Shown here piece by piece: positions 51,057 to 63,160 of a DNA stretch of 64,000 bases (positions are counted from its first letter, which is position 1; each line of letters begins with the position of its first letter). The DNA is from Eremomyces bilateralis CBS 781.70 (Eukaryota): the NCBI GenBank assembly GCA_010015585.1, contig ML975152.1; one strand, given 5' to 3'. Below the pieces are notes generated by a model, which had not been told where the DNA came from, did no database searches, and saw nothing but the letters and a program-made list of their open reading frames with translations. The translations under genes were made by a program, and so were the position numbers.

Positions 51057-51814
51057 ATGCATTTCCAGACTATAACCTCGCTCTTCCTTTCTACATTGTC
51101 CGTGGCAGCGGCCCTGCCATCAAGCCAAGGCAATGGCCTCCAAAAACGAGCCAACGTAGAAGGTTTCGACATCTCGCACTACCAGAGCAGCGTCGATTTT
51201 GCAGGCGCCTATTCTGCTGGGCTCCGGTTCGCCTTGATCAAAGCTACCGAAGGCACCACCTACAAGGACCCTCTTGTGAGCACGCCCCAAAGGTAGTCGT
51301 GGTAAATTCGCTCATCGAGGACCAGTTCACTTCTCACTATAACGGCGCCACGGACGCGGGTTTCATCCGCGGCGGTTATCATTTCGCTCGACCAGCATCA
51401 AGTTCTGGAGAGGCTCAGGCGACGTACTTCCTCAGCAATGGCGGTGGATGGAGTGACGATGGCATCACCCTGCCAGGAATGCTCGACATGGAGGCCGACT
51501 GCTCAAGCATGACCGCAGCTGAGACGGTTGCCTGGGTCCAAGACTTTGTGGACACGTACCACGGTTCAACGGGGAGATATCCGATCATTTATACCAGCCG
51601 GAGCTGGTGGCAGTCATGCACAGGGGACAGCGACGCTTTCAGCAAGACGTGTCCGCTACACCTCGCAAGCTGGAACAACTCGCCGGGAACCATCCCAGGA
51701 GGCTGGGGTGCGGAGACCATCTGGCAGTATAACGATGCTTCCAGCTGGGGCGGGGATTCGGACCAGTTCATTGGGACCATAGCCGAACTAAAAGCCCTTG
51801 CCAAAGGCTCTTGA
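51057..51814 (+). CDS. GH25 lysozyme (Chalaropsis-type N,O-diacetylmuramidase), secreted
   Basis: Signal peptide and pro-region ending KR; VEGFDISHYQ, IKATEGT, IRGGYHFARP, LPGMLDME and IWQY; one intron about 51276-51325. Confidence 0.95.
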
Positions 51815-52677
51815 GTGTGGGAGAGAAAACGTATATCGCAAGTTGGACAAATTATGAAGATATCGGGAACCAACCAAGCGTCGTCCTAGTGGCTTGAGCA
51901 GGATAGCACGCGGGGATCGCACCGTGACCAAATCAGAGAAGACAAGAAAATCTAAAGCTTCAGGAAAGCAAACTGTTGAAATCTTCAGCACTGAACTGGT
52001 TCGTGACGACGTGAAAAGCGTCCTTTATTCCTCAATCATTTAGACTCCCCAGGAATGACCGGGGAGTTTCCGACTAAGCTGATGAGAGGCGTTCTTATGA
52101 CTGTCGTTTTGAAAGGAATGTTGAATTAGGATTCAGGACTAGGTTGGCACCTTGGAGAGACGAGTTCTGGTTTGACCAAAGACAAAGTTGGCGCTGAGAC
52201 CACAAAGTTTGTCTCTGAGAAGAGCATCTTCGCCTCAGGAGTAACAGTCTAGACCGTTAACGCAGGTGATTATGGCGTATGTAATCACTCCCTATTTGAC
52301 TTTTCCTAATGTGGTGTAGTGCAACTGGTTTGGGTTTAGAGTGCGTTGAAAACCCCAGTTAAGGGTATTTAGGGGTTGGGACAGTTGGAAACTTGGAATT
52401 TGAGACTGTTCGGAGTTGAGACTTGAGAACTGGTGAATGGGATCACGTGATTACATCAGACCTCCGATAGTCCGATTTGTGTACTGAGTATCTTTCTCGA
52501 GCTTCATAGAATTATATCTGTAAACCTCACTCCATAACCCTTTTGTCGCACTAAATCACCGTCGCATTATTGCATATCCCTGGGTTATTGGTTGCAGCTA
52601 CCGAAGATTCTCTAATTCCTCAGCGCATACCCTAAGATTGTTCAGATTCTTTGCGCCTCCCCCAATCTCCTGTAACC

Positions 52678-53925
52678 ATGCCGCCACCCAAACAAATGAC
52701 CGCAAATCCTACGAGACCCTCCCGTCACCGTGCCGGGAAGATACTCGCGCAAGACTCATCGTCCGATGGATCAGAGGAGGGTGAAGAAGATATTGAAGAG
52801 GAGAGTCAGGTCCCCACCGAACGTCCAACGTCACCAAAGCCTCCCCTGAAATCCGCCGGTACCCTCAAACCCCTCGGTCAGCAGAGCAACGTCGCACTTG
52901 CTCCTCCAAAACCTCAAATCGATGAGTCGGAATTTGTCACAGAGAGTGAAGGGTCGGAAAATGGATCCGCAGGAGCTTCAGGGAGCGAAAGCGAGGAGGA
53001 ATCAGAGGCCGAGGTTTCGGAAGAAGAGGAGGAGACGCAGCCACAACTTCTACGACCGGTTTTCATGAGCAAAGCGAAGCGGGCTTGGTTAGCATCAAAA
53101 GGCCGCAGTGGTACAAGCGGAGTCCAGACAAAAAGCGCGGAAGAGATACAGGCGGAGGAAGATGCTCGTCGGCGGCAGAAGGCAGACGAACTGGTTCAGG
53201 AGCAGATTGAGAAACACGCGGCTGCTCGGGCGGCGGGGAAGAAGAACTGGGATGACGACGAGGTGGAGGATGCGGAGGAGATCGACGACACCGATTATCT
53301 CGACGCCGCGTCACTGGAGGCCGAATATGCGAAATGGGAGCTACGGGAGTTACAGCGGATCAAGCGGGAGCGCGACGTGCTGGTCGCTGCGGAGAGAGAG
53401 CGGGAAGAGGTGGAGCGAAGGCGGAATATGGATCCGTCCGAGAGAGAGCGCGAAGATCGAGAGTACATTGAGGGGCAGAAAGCGGAACGGGAAGGAAAGG
53501 GCAAGATGGCGCACATGCAGAAATACTTCCACAAAGGAGCGTTTTTCGCGGATGACTCCAAGCAGGCGGGACTTGCGGATCGCGACATCATGGGAGGACG
53601 CTATGAGGACGACGTACTGGATCGCGAGGCGTTGCCCGAGTACATGCAGATCAGAGATCAGACGAGACTCGGCAAGAAGGGGAGAACGAGATATCGCGAT
53701 ATGAAAACAGAGGACACCGGCCGATTCGGGGATTACAATAGAGACCGTCCTAGCTGGCAAGGCGGTGACCGAAGACATCAGGACAAGGACGTCGACGAAC
53801 GCTTCCTTCCGGACAATGACCGCCACGGGCTAGCACCATCCGGGGCGAATGCAAGTTCGCTGGGCGAACGGAAGAGACCTAAGGACGAGGACGACCGGGG
53901 AGGAAAGCGAGCAAGGGTTCAGTGA
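52678..53925 (+). CDS. mfap1: Microfibrillar-associated protein 1 (MFAP1/Spp381-like spliceosomal B-complex protein)
   Basis: LLRPVFMSK, EYAKWELRELQRIKRER, MQKYFHKGAFF and GKKGRTRYRDMKTEDT. Confidence 0.92.
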   Translation: MPPPKQMTANPTRPSRHRAGKILAQDSSSDGSEEGEEDIEEESQVPTERPTSPKPPLKSAGTLKPLGQQSNVALAPPKPQIDESEFVTESEGSENGSAGASGSESEEESEAEVSEEEEETQPQLLRPVFMSKAKRAWLASKGRSGTSGVQTKSAEEIQAEEDARRRQKADELVQEQIEKHAAARAAGKKNWDDDEVEDAEEIDDTDYLDAASLEAEYAKWELRELQRIKRERDVLVAAEREREEVERRRNMDPSEREREDREYIEGQKAEREGKGKMAHMQKYFHKGAFFADDSKQAGLADRDIMGGRYEDDVLDREALPEYMQIRDQTRLGKKGRTRYRDMKTEDTGRFGDYNRDRPSWQGGDRRHQDKDVDERFLPDNDRHGLAPSGANASSLGERKRPKDEDDRGGKRARVQ

Positions 53926-54300
53926 AAAGGGTTTCTACGAGACGGACATATCAAATACTACTGAAAAGGTCGCTCCGGACCTACCAGAACGAATCGGCAA
54001 TTTGGCCGCTGCTTGCTGCAATATCTGCAAATGCAATCATCCCACAGATGCAGAGGGAAACGGACGCCACGGGACGCGTAGCCAAGGACGATAAGCCTAT
54101 ATACATGATCCTATTCATCCTAACTGTCATAGAGACGCCCCACAGTGGGACCGTTTCAGGCTTTGTTATACACAGTACAGTGGGGATAGAAGGCGGATCA
54201 GGAGATCGCAGCTCTTACACATGCCTGGCCGTCTTGGCTTGTGGCCTATATAATACATGCTCATTTTAACTCCACAGGGCTCGGACAGTTATCCAGGCCA

Positions 54301-54328
54301 TGGATAGGCAGGATAGGCAGGATAGGCG
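54301..54328. repeat. 9-bp tandem repeat (GGATAGGCA x3)
   Basis: ggataggca ggataggca ggataggcg, between two convergent genes. Confidence 0.7.
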
Positions 54329-54463
54329 TCGCTTCCACTTCGGCCTTGCCCCTCAGCTAGATTATTGTCATGGCCTGCTCAACTATGCCTGCCAAAGCGC
54401 ATTGCATGAATGAATGCATCACTCACGCGCATTCCGTTCGATGAAATCACTCATCGTGCTCCA

Positions 54464-55059
54464 TCATGGTTTGGCTTCCGCATCGCCATAGAATATCGAT
54501 CGGTACCGGTGCGTCAAGTCAACAACCGCCTCGACCGACGTATAGTCTGTAGGGTTAATTAGCGACTTTCACGTGCGAAAGGGGAACTATATTATATGGG
54601 CGCCGCCTTCCACCGTCAAATAAACATGATGTGGTGGAGCCCTAGCGATCACATACCGATATTGGTCCCAAAATCCGTGCTGTTGAGCACTTTGATAGAC
54701 ATGTCCTCGTTAACTTTGCCGATAATCTCAACCCAATGGTCCACGCTCAAATGCGACTCCTAGAACATAAAAATAATGTTAGTCATTAATTGATCGTCTG
54801 ATGCATGTAGTTGCACATGTCTCGTGGAGATTGCAGGAAAGGCCCATAGTGATTGATGGCTTAGTACACGCAAAAGAACCACTGCACGATATCTCAGAAT
54901 CTGCGAACCTACCCGATTCAAGTGGATGGTCACCATGCCAGTGCAATCGATCACGGCCGTTTCACCCATTAATTGTGCCACCTTGCCGATAAGACGAACA
55001 TGGCGGTGTCTGAAGTTGCCCAGGTATTGCCCGTTAACGCGGGGGGTTTCTTCCGCCAT
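54464..55059 (-). CDS. ssb3: Replication protein A 14-kDa subunit (RPA3/Ssb3), 3 exons
   Basis: MAEETPRVNGQYLGNFRHRHVRLIGKV...|ESHLSVDHWVEIIGKVNEDMSIKVLNSTDFG..|DYTSVEAVVDLTHRYRSIFY. Confidence 0.9.
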
Positions 55060-55628
55060 GATGTATGGAGGGGAGGATGTCCGTGCAAGAAACCTTGTTG
55101 TCTTTAGAATTTCTGGGGGGAGGGTAGGGGAGGGGGCTAGAATTCTTGTTTGTGGAATTCTTCGGACAGGCGGAATGTCTAATAGTGAAACGATGTGTAA
55201 GTCGACTGTCGATGTGATTACGGTCCTAGGGTGGCGAGGGCACGCTGGAAGACATCAAAACATCCAAACCTGTGGTGAAGATCGAGACGACAGGCATCCA
55301 TCATAGCAAACTAACCCGATCGGGACTCCCATCCCACCAGCTCCCCCAGGACATCGATAACCATTCTCTAGGTCGTTGTTCAAAACAATCATTTGGCACC
55401 TGATTTTACAGATTTAGTTCATGGTTAGCCATTCATGACTCAAAGAATTTACAGGTCATAGTCACCTAGCCTGCCCCGCCGGTACGCTCGTGACAGACGC
55501 TGAAACAGAGGCGTCCAACCAATCTGACAGGAAGCTAGTGACGATCCAACGAACAGATTAAAGCAACTGTATAGACACGATCCACGTAGGACATTGTTTA
55601 ATGCCTATAGAGACTACCTCGACGGCCT

Positions 55629-55641
55629 CCTCGGCCCGAGG
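55629..55641. promoter_or_regulatory. Inverted pair of CCTCGG sites (FarA/CTF1-alpha type) upstream of cutinase
   Basis: CCTCGG-C-CCGAGG about 810 bp upstream of the cutinase ATG. CCTCGG is the established FarA/FarB motif. Confidence 0.55.
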
Positions 55642-56449
55642 CGGCGATGTAACTGGCTGGCGGTGGACTGTACTCTGCACGTACCTCCAAGATTACAATA
55701 GAAGCGAAGCTTTGAACAAGCAAATCGGTAGCATGGCCCCGATGCATCCGATGATCCGGAGGTAGGCATATAAATTGCTCACAACTCCACGGGGATTTCT
55801 TTCACGGGGTGTACATGGCATAGATGAAAAGCAGGGGAAGCAGGCAGTGTGGTGGGACGCCATAGATATATTGAGAGCTGGAATAGCGCCGTTTCGAGAT
55901 GAAGCTAACCGGTTACGGTATTCCGTTGTTTAAGCTTCTTCATCTATCCGATGCATCAATATAGAATACATGATTCGGCCCCCCTCCCGGTGTCATTATT
56001 GGCTCTCTATATCCATGCTCTCGGCCGATGGCGGGCCCTTTGCCTTGCTAAGCCAAAGAAGTATATGGAGCATTAAACATAGCTTGTTTTCTTAGCGTAT
56101 CATGCGTTTAGTCTGGTTGTTTGATGTGTACATCCTGCGACTTGCCAGGCGCCTAAGCCTGCCCGCAAATCAATTCTGTTTGACAAGGTACATGCCATGT
56201 GTAAGTAGGAGGCTCATCGTCATGAAGTTATGCGTGGGAGGCGTATTCCCCAGAAAATTCATCTAATTCATGCCACTTGGCCCGTCAGTCATTTCAGGTA
56301 GGGTAGGGAGGAGACAGTGGATCCCAATCGAACAGCATATATAGTCATTCCTCGCCGCTCCTATTAGATCCTCTCTGTATCCTGCAGCATAGTCACTCTT
56401 TCATCCACAAGCCATTCTTTTCGCATACGATTGATTCGATTTGCCCAAT

Positions 56450-57218
56450 ATGAAATACTCCACCGCTCTTCTCGCCCTGATCGGCCTCGCCGCTGCGGCA
56501 CCTTCTTCCGACCTCGCCAGACGTCAGATCACCTCCGACGAACTTATCAAGGGAGGATGCAAGAAGGTCGTCTTTGTTTGGGCACGCGCCTCGACTGAAC
56601 CCGGCAACATGGTTAGGAAAACCCCGCGGTCGACGTGAAGAGCTCGCTAACCGAACCGCAGGGCATGAGCATGGGTCCCATCGTATGCTCTGGTTTGAAG
56701 AAGAAATTCGGCTCGAACAGCGTTGCCTGTCAGGGTGTCGGAGGTCCTTATTCAGCGGGTCTGATGGACAACGTGCGGTCGGATGGCACCACTGAAGAGG
56801 CCGTCAACGAGGCCGTCAGCATGTTTACCAAGGCCATTCAGTGTGAGGGCGCTCTCGTCGTCGGTGGTGGATACAGGTAAGCGGATAGAACGGCAGCATA
56901 CACCGGCAGGACGGTGTTAACATTTTTTACAGCCAGGGTACCGCCGTGACTGGGAATGCGGTCATGAAACTTGATAGTGCCGCGAAGGAGAAGGTCCTCG
57001 GTATCGTGCTATACGGATACACCAAGAATGGTCAAACTAAAGGGTCCATTCCCGGATATCCCTCCGACCGCCTCAAAGTCTTCTGCCGTGACGATGATGG
57101 AGTCTGTGACGGCCAGCTCATGGTGACTATTGGTCACTTTGGATACCTTATGGACGACAGTGGCGATGAGGGTATCGCCTTCCTAACTCAAAAGATCCAA
57201 GCAGCTTCCTCGGGCTAG
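56450..57218 (+). CDS. Cutinase (CE5), secreted, 3 exons
   Basis: Signal peptide; CKKVVFVWARASTEPGNM|G; ACQGVGGPY; catalytic GGYS|QG across an intron; VFCRDDDGVC...HFGY. Confidence 0.95.
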
Positions 57219-57790
57219 ACGAACTTGGCGTTATTGAGCCTCACATCTCTCTAACGGATGTGCCTGGACGCCGGTCGTATTGAAGGGAGGAGGGGCAGAT
57301 GTCTATAATATTCAATGTGAATAATGGTCAATATGCCCAATTTCAATGCTGCATCCATTCATCCAACCAATGAAAAGTTACCCACCTTAACATATATTGT
57401 GCTTTATGTATGCGTTATTTGATGGAGAAATCGAGATCGACTCAAGACTCATGAACGAAGTACCAAGCGAGCCGTCGAAGGACGGAGAGACATTGAGAGG
57501 GAGCAGAATATGACGCTACCATAATAGGACTGACCCATCCTAGCCGCTGGTACGCCTTTCGAAGATCCTGATTATGAGAACACGAGCAAGGATGGGATAC
57601 GGCTTTGATAGCCGCAAAATAGGAGCTGGGTATTGCGAGTCATGATGAACTTGTCCCTAGCTCTAGATAAATATGGCGAGGCCATAACACCAAACTGACA
57701 ACATTGCAACCGTAAGCAATAAACGATAAATCCGAACAACTCATTCTGCATGGAGACATGTTCTGTAATATGCAGCAACACCGTCCGGAA

Positions 57791-59329
57791 TCAATATCCT
57801 CGTCTTGGTCCCGAGTCGGAATGCACTCGGCCCATTGGAACAGACCCCGGCAGAGGGGAACGATGTCTAGACGCTGCTCGATATGGACTTGTAGCGTGGT
57901 GAGTTTCGCCATGAGCATGGCTTGGACTGCGATGCGTCGACGGATGTCTTCGAGGCGGCGGTAAGGCATGCGAAGGATATGGAGCATGGCCTCCTGCTTC
58001 ATGCCAACTATGGGGCCGCTCCGTGGTGCGCCTCTGTGGACGAAGGTGGCTAGGGGAATGATCTCTAGGCCGCCCTCGGGGAGACGTGCTGTGGTGAATA
58101 TCATGGCTGGGGGAATGGTGCGAAGGAGAGTGGCGCGATGGAGAGCGGTGCGAGCGTGTACGCTGTGGCCGAGACGACGTCGACGTGGTAGACACTTTAG
58201 ACGCGGACCGGGCGCGGTTCCATTTGTACATTTTCCGTCCGCCGCCAATGACGATAGGCGCGATCACACTGAGCGGCTCTAAGATGTCCGCGAGCCCTCG
58301 TGCAGTATCTTTGACCCGATCTTTCAACGATGGGGGGTCGGGATCCGGTTCGTGGCCTTCCTTGCCATGCCGTGGAGGCCTGGAAGAAGACGGGGGCGTG
58401 TGGAGGTCTGGAGCCGATTCGGAGAGGTTCGTCGGTCGCCGTTGTGGGTAAGGGTGATTCCTATGCCTGCGTCGATGCTGGCGCTTCTTCATCGTTGCGA
58501 AGACCTTTCCATAATCTTCATCGGATCTTGAACTGAAGGTGCAGATGGAAAGGTGGCTCTTTTTCAACGGCGTTGCATCCTCGAACAGCTCATCCTCTTC
58601 GTCCTCGAAATCTACAGGGAGGCTGGACGACGGAAGGCCCAGGATGACTCCACGGCCATAGCCCCAGTTCGGAGTCGGAAGCGTCTCTGCAAAGTTGATG
58701 ATTTCCAACGGGGCGTCTTTATTCATCTCAATAAAGTCCTCGTTGATATCTTGCAAGACTTCGCCGCTATCTTCTAGAGCGTCGAGAAATGCGTCCGAGG
58801 AGGGCACGGACGAGACCTTTGCGATGGCACTCGCAAGTTTGCCAAGGTTCTGCTCCGCGTGTCTCCATACATGCGGCGCGGCAAGGAACACGATCCGGCT
58901 CGTCTGATTGTATATCGTCTGGAAGCCTTGATGACGCGCCTGCGAAGCAAATAGCAACGCTGCCTTCAAGACAAAGGCTCCCAAACTGTGGGCGATGAAG
59001 ATTATGGGGACATCTTCAGGCACGCCATCCTTTTCCCGAGCTCTTATAACGCGAGATAGTAGCCGCTTCGCGATCGTGTCGATGATGCTTTCGGAATGCT
59101 CCAAGTCGTGCCCACGGACGGTGCTGCTGAAAAACAAGACTCGAGCGTTCGGACGTTCGGACGGCAGGTAGTCGCGCAGCCAGTTCCGTCCGTTCGGCGC
59201 GGTCCATGACTTCCAAGCTTTGTTCGGCTGGTCGGCGTGATCAGAAGGGGATGCAATGGCGATAATCTCAACGGAAGGATGGAGAGGGTTCGTGACCGCT
59301 CGAAGAGACAGCATCTGCTCTTGGTCCAT
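57791..59329 (-). CDS. SesB/PGAP1-like alpha/beta hydrolase domain fused to a His/Ser/Arg/Pro-rich disordered tail
   Basis: NWLRDYLP..PNARVLFF, PIIFIAHSLG, IVFLAAPH, INFAET and SHLSICTF; low-complexity C-terminal ~230 aa. Confidence 0.8.
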   Translation of the reverse strand: MDQEQMLSLRAVTNPLHPSVEIIAIASPSDHADQPNKAWKSWTAPNGRNWLRDYLPSERPNARVLFFSSTVRGHDLEHSESIIDTIAKRLLSRVIRAREKDGVPEDVPIIFIAHSLGAFVLKAALLFASQARHQGFQTIYNQTSRIVFLAAPHVWRHAEQNLGKLASAIAKVSSVPSSDAFLDALEDSGEVLQDINEDFIEMNKDAPLEIINFAETLPTPNWGYGRGVILGLPSSSLPVDFEDEEDELFEDATPLKKSHLSICTFSSRSDEDYGKVFATMKKRQHRRRHRNHPYPQRRPTNLSESAPDLHTPPSSSRPPRHGKEGHEPDPDPPSLKDRVKDTARGLADILEPLSVIAPIVIGGGRKMYKWNRARSASKVSTTSTSSRPQRTRSHRSPSRHSPSHHSPSHDIHHSTSPRGRPRDHSPSHLRPQRRTTERPHSWHEAGGHAPYPSHALPPPRRHPSTHRSPSHAHGETHHATSPYRAASRHRSPLPGSVPMGRVHSDSGPRRGY

Positions 59330-60463
59330 CGCGAAAGGAGGTATTAGGGGTTTGGCGCTCTGTGTCGATTGAGGAGGTGATCAGGTTGGAAGCATCATGG
59401 CTTCGAAGTCTGCTTGTAATACTCCGTACTCTTGAGTTAAATAGGTTCTGGATCCAGCACCAGTTCCGAAGTCAGCTGTACAGGAGAGCATCGTCTCCCG
59501 AGTCCCGTGTCCCGTTGGCTTTGCCCGCACATTTGCATGAACTGCTGCCTTGTGATTTGACGTGGCATGGCGGCGGTGCCTCCCATGCCGGCAGTCCTAG
59601 CAAAGTCACACATATCAGATCAGATGGTTGGTAAGGAGTCATCAGGTCAGTTCAGCGACACCTGGAACACGAAAGTCGAAAAGACAGATACGTTAGCCAC
59701 AAGTAGGTTGCTGTCCGTTGGGAGCTATCGGTATCTCCCAAAAGCCATAGGATGGATGGCTGTACGCCACTTCCCCTGTCCTCAGCGTCACGAACCTTCG
59801 AAGGCTTAGACCTTGGAGTGTCGGAGCTCCAATGGTTACCTCCCCTGACGGCGATTCTCAAGCACTCAGCCTTCCAGAGTTCTAGACCAGCCCTACGGCC
59901 GTGGCTTTGTGACTTAAGGACCCTGAGTCTTGAGGCGTTGGGACTTGGGTCATCTTCTCATCATCAGGAGTCGACTTGGAATAAACAAGTCCTGTGTTGA
60001 TGATGTGTATGGATTCAATAAACCGCCCTTGAGAGCATGCTCTAGAACCTGTATGGACAGCTTCAGCTGGACACACGGAATAAGGTGGCCTTCAGCCTCA
60101 ATCATGAGGACGTCAACTCGCCCATCATTATGTCTCTGAAAATGCGTTGTAGTCACTAAGTACTCTAAACAGCGCTCGGCCAGCTTGGGAGATAAAGTAC
60201 ATCACTGACTTAAGTAAGTGCTTACCTTTGCAGTTTGCACGCATTTGGTCTCGGACTTTATTTAGGTGGAATGAAAATCAATTGACCTCAAAAGGTGGAT
60301 CTACGAATCTCCCCTTCTCATGCCCCTTTCACCTCACCGCCTCCTCACAACTCCACGATGGGCAACCGTAAATCTCCGGGTCCCAAAGAACCTCCACATC
60401 TCGAGCCGACTTCATCCAGCTTCAGCATATCGCACGGGATCCCACCCCTCGACGAAAGCAAAA

Positions 60464-61187
60464 ATGGCCTCCGACAAGCTCAAACATGACGTCAACAACG
60501 ACGACCCCCTGCCCTTTGAACTCACGGATCTAGATCAGAAAATCCTCTCCCAGACCGACGAAGAATACCAACCCCTTTCCTGGGACGAGGTGAAACGCAT
60601 AGCCGGTAGGCCGCTCTGTCTGCATTCCACTCCCGTCATCGGGCACTGAAATCCGTGCAGCCGAGAACCGCCTGGAGCTCTTCACGCGCACGCCGTCGCA
60701 GCTGCGGCGGTACTTGACGTGGTCGCGGCGTATTCGGATTGAATATGGCGGCATGTTGAACTACATCTGCACGGAGAGACTGCAGTGGGACATCGCGGAC
60801 GGCGGGGTTGCGTGTGTGAACCCAGTCCCGTTCGCCGATGAGAGGGACTACACGATCCGGCTCAACGACTGGCCCTATGGCGTCAGTCCGGAGATCCGGC
60901 ACCTGTTGGTCTGGTTGAAGACGCCGCTGGCGGTCGATCTGGAAGGGAAGTTGACGCGGGAATCGTGGGACTCGATCGATCATTTCGTGCGTCGGACGTT
61001 TCGAGTCAAGCTAGAGGCGGACGGACATGAATTGCCGGCGAGCGAGAGGGTGCTGTGGTTTAAGAACTGGACGGCGCTGCAGAGCGTGCGGGCGCTGGAG
61101 CACTTTCATGTCATGGTGCGAGGGGTTACAGATGAGTTGATCAAGGAGTGGACGAAAGGCCATGTAGCCTGTGTACAAGATGCATAG
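60464..61187 (+). CDS. gig1: Gig1/DUF3605 N-acetylglucosamine-induced protein
   Basis: LSWDEVKRIA|AENRLELFTRTPSQLRRYL, NDWPYG...HLLVWLK and WFKNWTALQSVRALEHFHV. Confidence 0.88.
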
Positions 61188-61416
61188 ACCGGGTATAGAA
61201 TAGACATAATGGCGAGGGCCGAAGGTATATTGGACCGGCTTGGGACAGCAACGGTTCTATGACAGCAGACACTAATACACCCATCTAAACGTAGCCCGCA
61301 ATCAAACTCCGAAGCAATGCCTTATCTCATCTCTCATCATCCGGACATGTGTATTCGCTCCAGTTCGCAATATCCTTCCAAATCGTAAGTCATACAAAGC
61401 TGTCCCGACCGACAGC

Positions 61417-63160
61417 TCAGCTTGATGGATCAATGTGTGTGTCCTTCAGGTTTAATGGCTGCGGCACGGTAAAAGGCGTCCCCGCGGGCCTGGATCCTGG
61501 CTCGGGTACCGCTGGCGATTGTGAGCCTGACACAGGCGTTCCTGCTCCACTGGGAAGTGGCAGCGGTGTGATGGCTCCCGACTGTGGGACGGACGGTGGG
61601 ACGGAAGGCGGGACGGGGATCGAGATGTTTTCCGGCGAGCCCGGGATGATATTTTCGGGGACGTCGGAGATATGAATCCGTTTCGCTTCGTTGTTGTAGG
61701 AAGCGGGGATGATCTAATGCACAATCAGCAGGCGTCGCAACTTGGCAGCGGAGCGCAATACCTCAATTATCTCATCGCGTGGAAACTCGATCTTCGGGAT
61801 ATCCGCCGCGTTGCAAGCCATCAGATAGCCATAGAGGACCCTGAGGACGCTTTCATGAGCAATGATGAGGACGTCGTTCTGTTCTCGCTCCAGCTCGAGA
61901 ATGATGGGCTCCAGTCGGACTGCCAGATCATGGTAAGACTGCAGAAATTAATCAGTACGGTTGCCATTGCATGGCAAGTGACAAAGGGCTCCTTACCTCT
62001 GCTCTTGGATATCGATGATGATATGGGTCGGCCTCATGCTTTATCACCTCATCCGGATACTCTGTTCTGATCCGTTTCTCGCTCATTTTCTCGCAAACTC
62101 CTGGATTCATTTGGCTCATCTGGCTCCGGGGAATTACGGCATAACCGTTCTTGGCGAAGTACTGCCCTGTTTCGATAGTCCGTCGCCTCGTGCTTGTCCA
62201 GACTGTCATCGGCACCAACGCATTCTCCGGGCCTCCTCGGTCGATCAAGGCCTGACGCTCTTGCTCACGATGCTTGATCAATCTTTCAGTTAACTTCCGG
62301 GCGTAGTCTTTGCCTTCTTCCGAGAGAGCAGCATCGGCTTTGTAGGAGTCTTCGTGTTTGGTCGTCCCAGCGCGGGCAAAGTAGGTTTGTCTCGGCTTCG
62401 TATGCAAATTGAGAAGGTAAAAGACGATGCGCTGGGACAAGTATCCGAATGCGCAGTTGTTAACAACGACCCTCTCTCCGGCATTTATCAGCTTTACCCA
62501 ATGCAAGTCCTGCTCTTCCATAGTTTCGAAATGCGGGATTCTGGCGGACAGACGGGCCAAGTAGTCTTTGACGGCAAGCTCGTCGGACCATCCTTTGTAG
62601 TCCGGGGATGAGATCTTAACATTGCGGACGTTGTCTTCGATTATGCGCTCGTCCGTGCAGTGGGACTCGATGAACAGCGTTTGAACTTGATGTTTGGCGA
62701 ATTCTTTCGCCAGTGCTCGTCTGCCTTCGGAAATGGCATTCACGGCATCATAGATGGCCACTTGGCCGTTCTCATGGTCGAGGAAATGGAAGATGTCCTC
62801 CCGGCACTTCTTCAGGATCTTGTTCCTTAACAACACCGAGGAAGGGGACGCATTGATATGGAAGTAATCCTTCGGGACATCGGTGCCCGGTCCCATTGTC
62901 GCTCTCCGATAATCTCCTAGATGGAAGACGTGGGTCTTCACCCCAAGCCAGCGAAGGTACCGGGCAAGGGCTACGGATATATGAGTCTTGCCACGAGCTG
63001 GCAAGCCAACGGTAGCGATGACGATCCTTCCGGAATGAAATAGACGGCCAGACTCGGTGCTATACAGTTGGGCGGGCGCCATCACTTCCTTTTCGGGGAG
63101 ATCGTGGATGGCATCGACGTATACGCTCGACCGGCGCCGGACACGCGGCGAGTTGGCCAT
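61417..63160 (-). CDS. 6-phosphofructo-2-kinase/fructose-2,6-bisphosphatase family protein (YLR345W-like)
   Basis: AQLYSTESGRLFHSG, P-loop VGLPARGKT, AIYDAVN, HRYPRAE|SYHDL and IIAHESVLRVLYGY. Confidence 0.92.

Noticed and set aside
52325..52385. Telomere-like TTAGGG variants
   Set aside because: Scattered and imperfect, with no tandem array.
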